A stretch of 64,000 bases of DNA from Octopus sinensis (lineage: Eukaryota): the NCBI RefSeq assembly GCF_006345805.1, contig NC_042997.1, positions 175,336,001 through 175,400,000 of the forward strand. The letters run 5' to 3'. Both the position numbers and the translations under genes were made by a program. This document shows positions 62,950 to 64,000 of this stretch, piece by piece. Positions within the stretch are counted from its first letter, which is position 1, and the number at the start of each line of letters is the position of its first letter. The notes beneath the pieces were generated by a model. It saw only the letters and a list, made by a program, of their open reading frames with translations, searched no databases and was not told the origin of the DNA.

Positions 62950-63263
62950 ATTTATGTGTCTTTTCTTGTCCCTCCACTATTGCTTGACAACCGACGTTGG
63001 TGTGTTTACGTCCCTGTAACTTAGTGGTTCAGCAAAAGAGACCAATAGAATAAGTACTAGGCTTATAAAGAATATTTCCTGAGGGTTGATTTGTTCAACT
63101 AAAAGGCAGTGCTCCAGCATGGCCACAGTCAAGTGATTGAAACAAGTAAAAGAATAAAAGAATACCATTGAAATCTTGAAGCTACAAGATAATGTGTGAT
63201 TAATTCAAAACAAGGTGAATAAATAAGCATTACATTTTACAAAGAAATCTGAATGCTAAATGG
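62629..63263 (+). mobile_element. piggyBac-type MITE family B split by a SINE (62748-63163)
   Basis: TTAA-CCCTTTAGCATTT at the left end and GAATGCTAAATGG-TTAA at the right; the internal sequence resumes after the SINE. Confidence 0.75.
62748..63163 (+). mobile_element. SINE S1 nested in MITE B
   Basis: Full-length copy. Confidence 0.85.
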
Positions 63264-63479
63264 TTAATTTTAGTAAACATTGCAATTTGTCCAAACCCTT
63301 TTCAAATTCTCACAACTCCACTCTCTATGAGAAATACCAAGTTAGCATGTTAATGAGGAAATGGTACATACTGCAATTATCCAGCATGCTGTGTACCCCT
63401 GTATCTTTTTATTTTGACAAGTCTTTAGCTCGGTTCAGCCTTGTAGAATATATTCCTCTCTAGTTTGTTGTTTACCATA

Positions 63480-63701
63480 TTTGTTACCATATTTCTGTTG
63501 AAATGCTCTGTTTCTTTCAATTCATTTTTAAAATGAATTTTTAAAAGAAATTTGTAAAATAACTTAGCTATCATTAAGCTAGTGTTAGGAACATAAATTG
63601 TGACTAAGGTCTGCTGGAAGATTTTAATTCAAAACTTGTGAAAAAAAGACATTTGTATTACAGAGCCAGACGTGGTTTCAACCGGGTTGGTATCGAAAGG
63701 G
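63480..63701 (-). mobile_element. piggyBac-type MITE family A
   Basis: Reverse copy ending GGTATCGAAAGGG-TTAA (63702-63705). A family-B-like end follows at the same TTAA. Confidence 0.7.
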
Positions 63702-64000
63702 TTAATCCTCTAACATTCAGATTACTCTGTCAAACATAATGCTTATTTATTGAAATTGGTTTGAACTAATTATGCATTATCAAATAGCTTTAAGATTTCA
63801 ATGATGTTGATTATATATTTCTAGAATGACATTGTACGGTAGGTGTGAGATACCAAATCTGGCCAACTTGAACATAAAACATGCAGAATAATGGGCTTGA
63901 TATGGCTGGTTTAAATGCTGAAGACTTGGCTTATCATCAAAGATGTTCTAGCTGTGATCATCCTAGCTTTATTTTTCAGAAACAGTGCCCAGAATTGCAT

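Larger units (their letters stand above)
37315..64000 (+). other. EVI5: EVI5 intron, running past the window end (>26.6 kb)
   Basis: GT donor at 37315. A manual scan of pyrimidine-AG acceptors found no phase-2 exon encoding the expected LLExDxKS...WG segment. Confidence 0.65.

Overview
AT-rich, microsatellite-dense eukaryotic DNA that is almost entirely intronic or intergenic. The repeat families look like those of a coleoid cephalopod, probably Octopus; this is inferred from recalled repeat families, not from a database search. Only one host coding exon is recognisable: 37152-37314 (+), encoding MASD...PEDLELLAKLEEANR, the conserved N-terminal motif of the Rab-GAP EVI5/EVI5L. No next exon was found, so the intron after it appears to be longer than 26 kb. 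The rest is nested mobile DNA: at least three tRNA-headed SINE families, RTE and CR1-type LINE relics, a mariner transposase relic and mariner MITEs, about 220-bp TTAA (piggyBac-type) MITEs, and many Penelope-like element (PLE) fragments sitting in (TA)n tracts. The most notable signal is a set of type I hammerhead ribozyme folds in four different PLE-type families. They differ in architecture: a canonical core inside a 101-bp palindrome, a minimal covarying fold, an atypical CUGUWG core, and a very long stem II behind a GIY-YIG ORF. Other signals are a 1.1-kb nested fold-back, a local templated insertion and several nested or inverted SINE structures. Nearly all ORFs in the supplied track are artefacts of simple repeats. 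Coordinates were counted by hand, and the ends of degenerate repeats are approximate.
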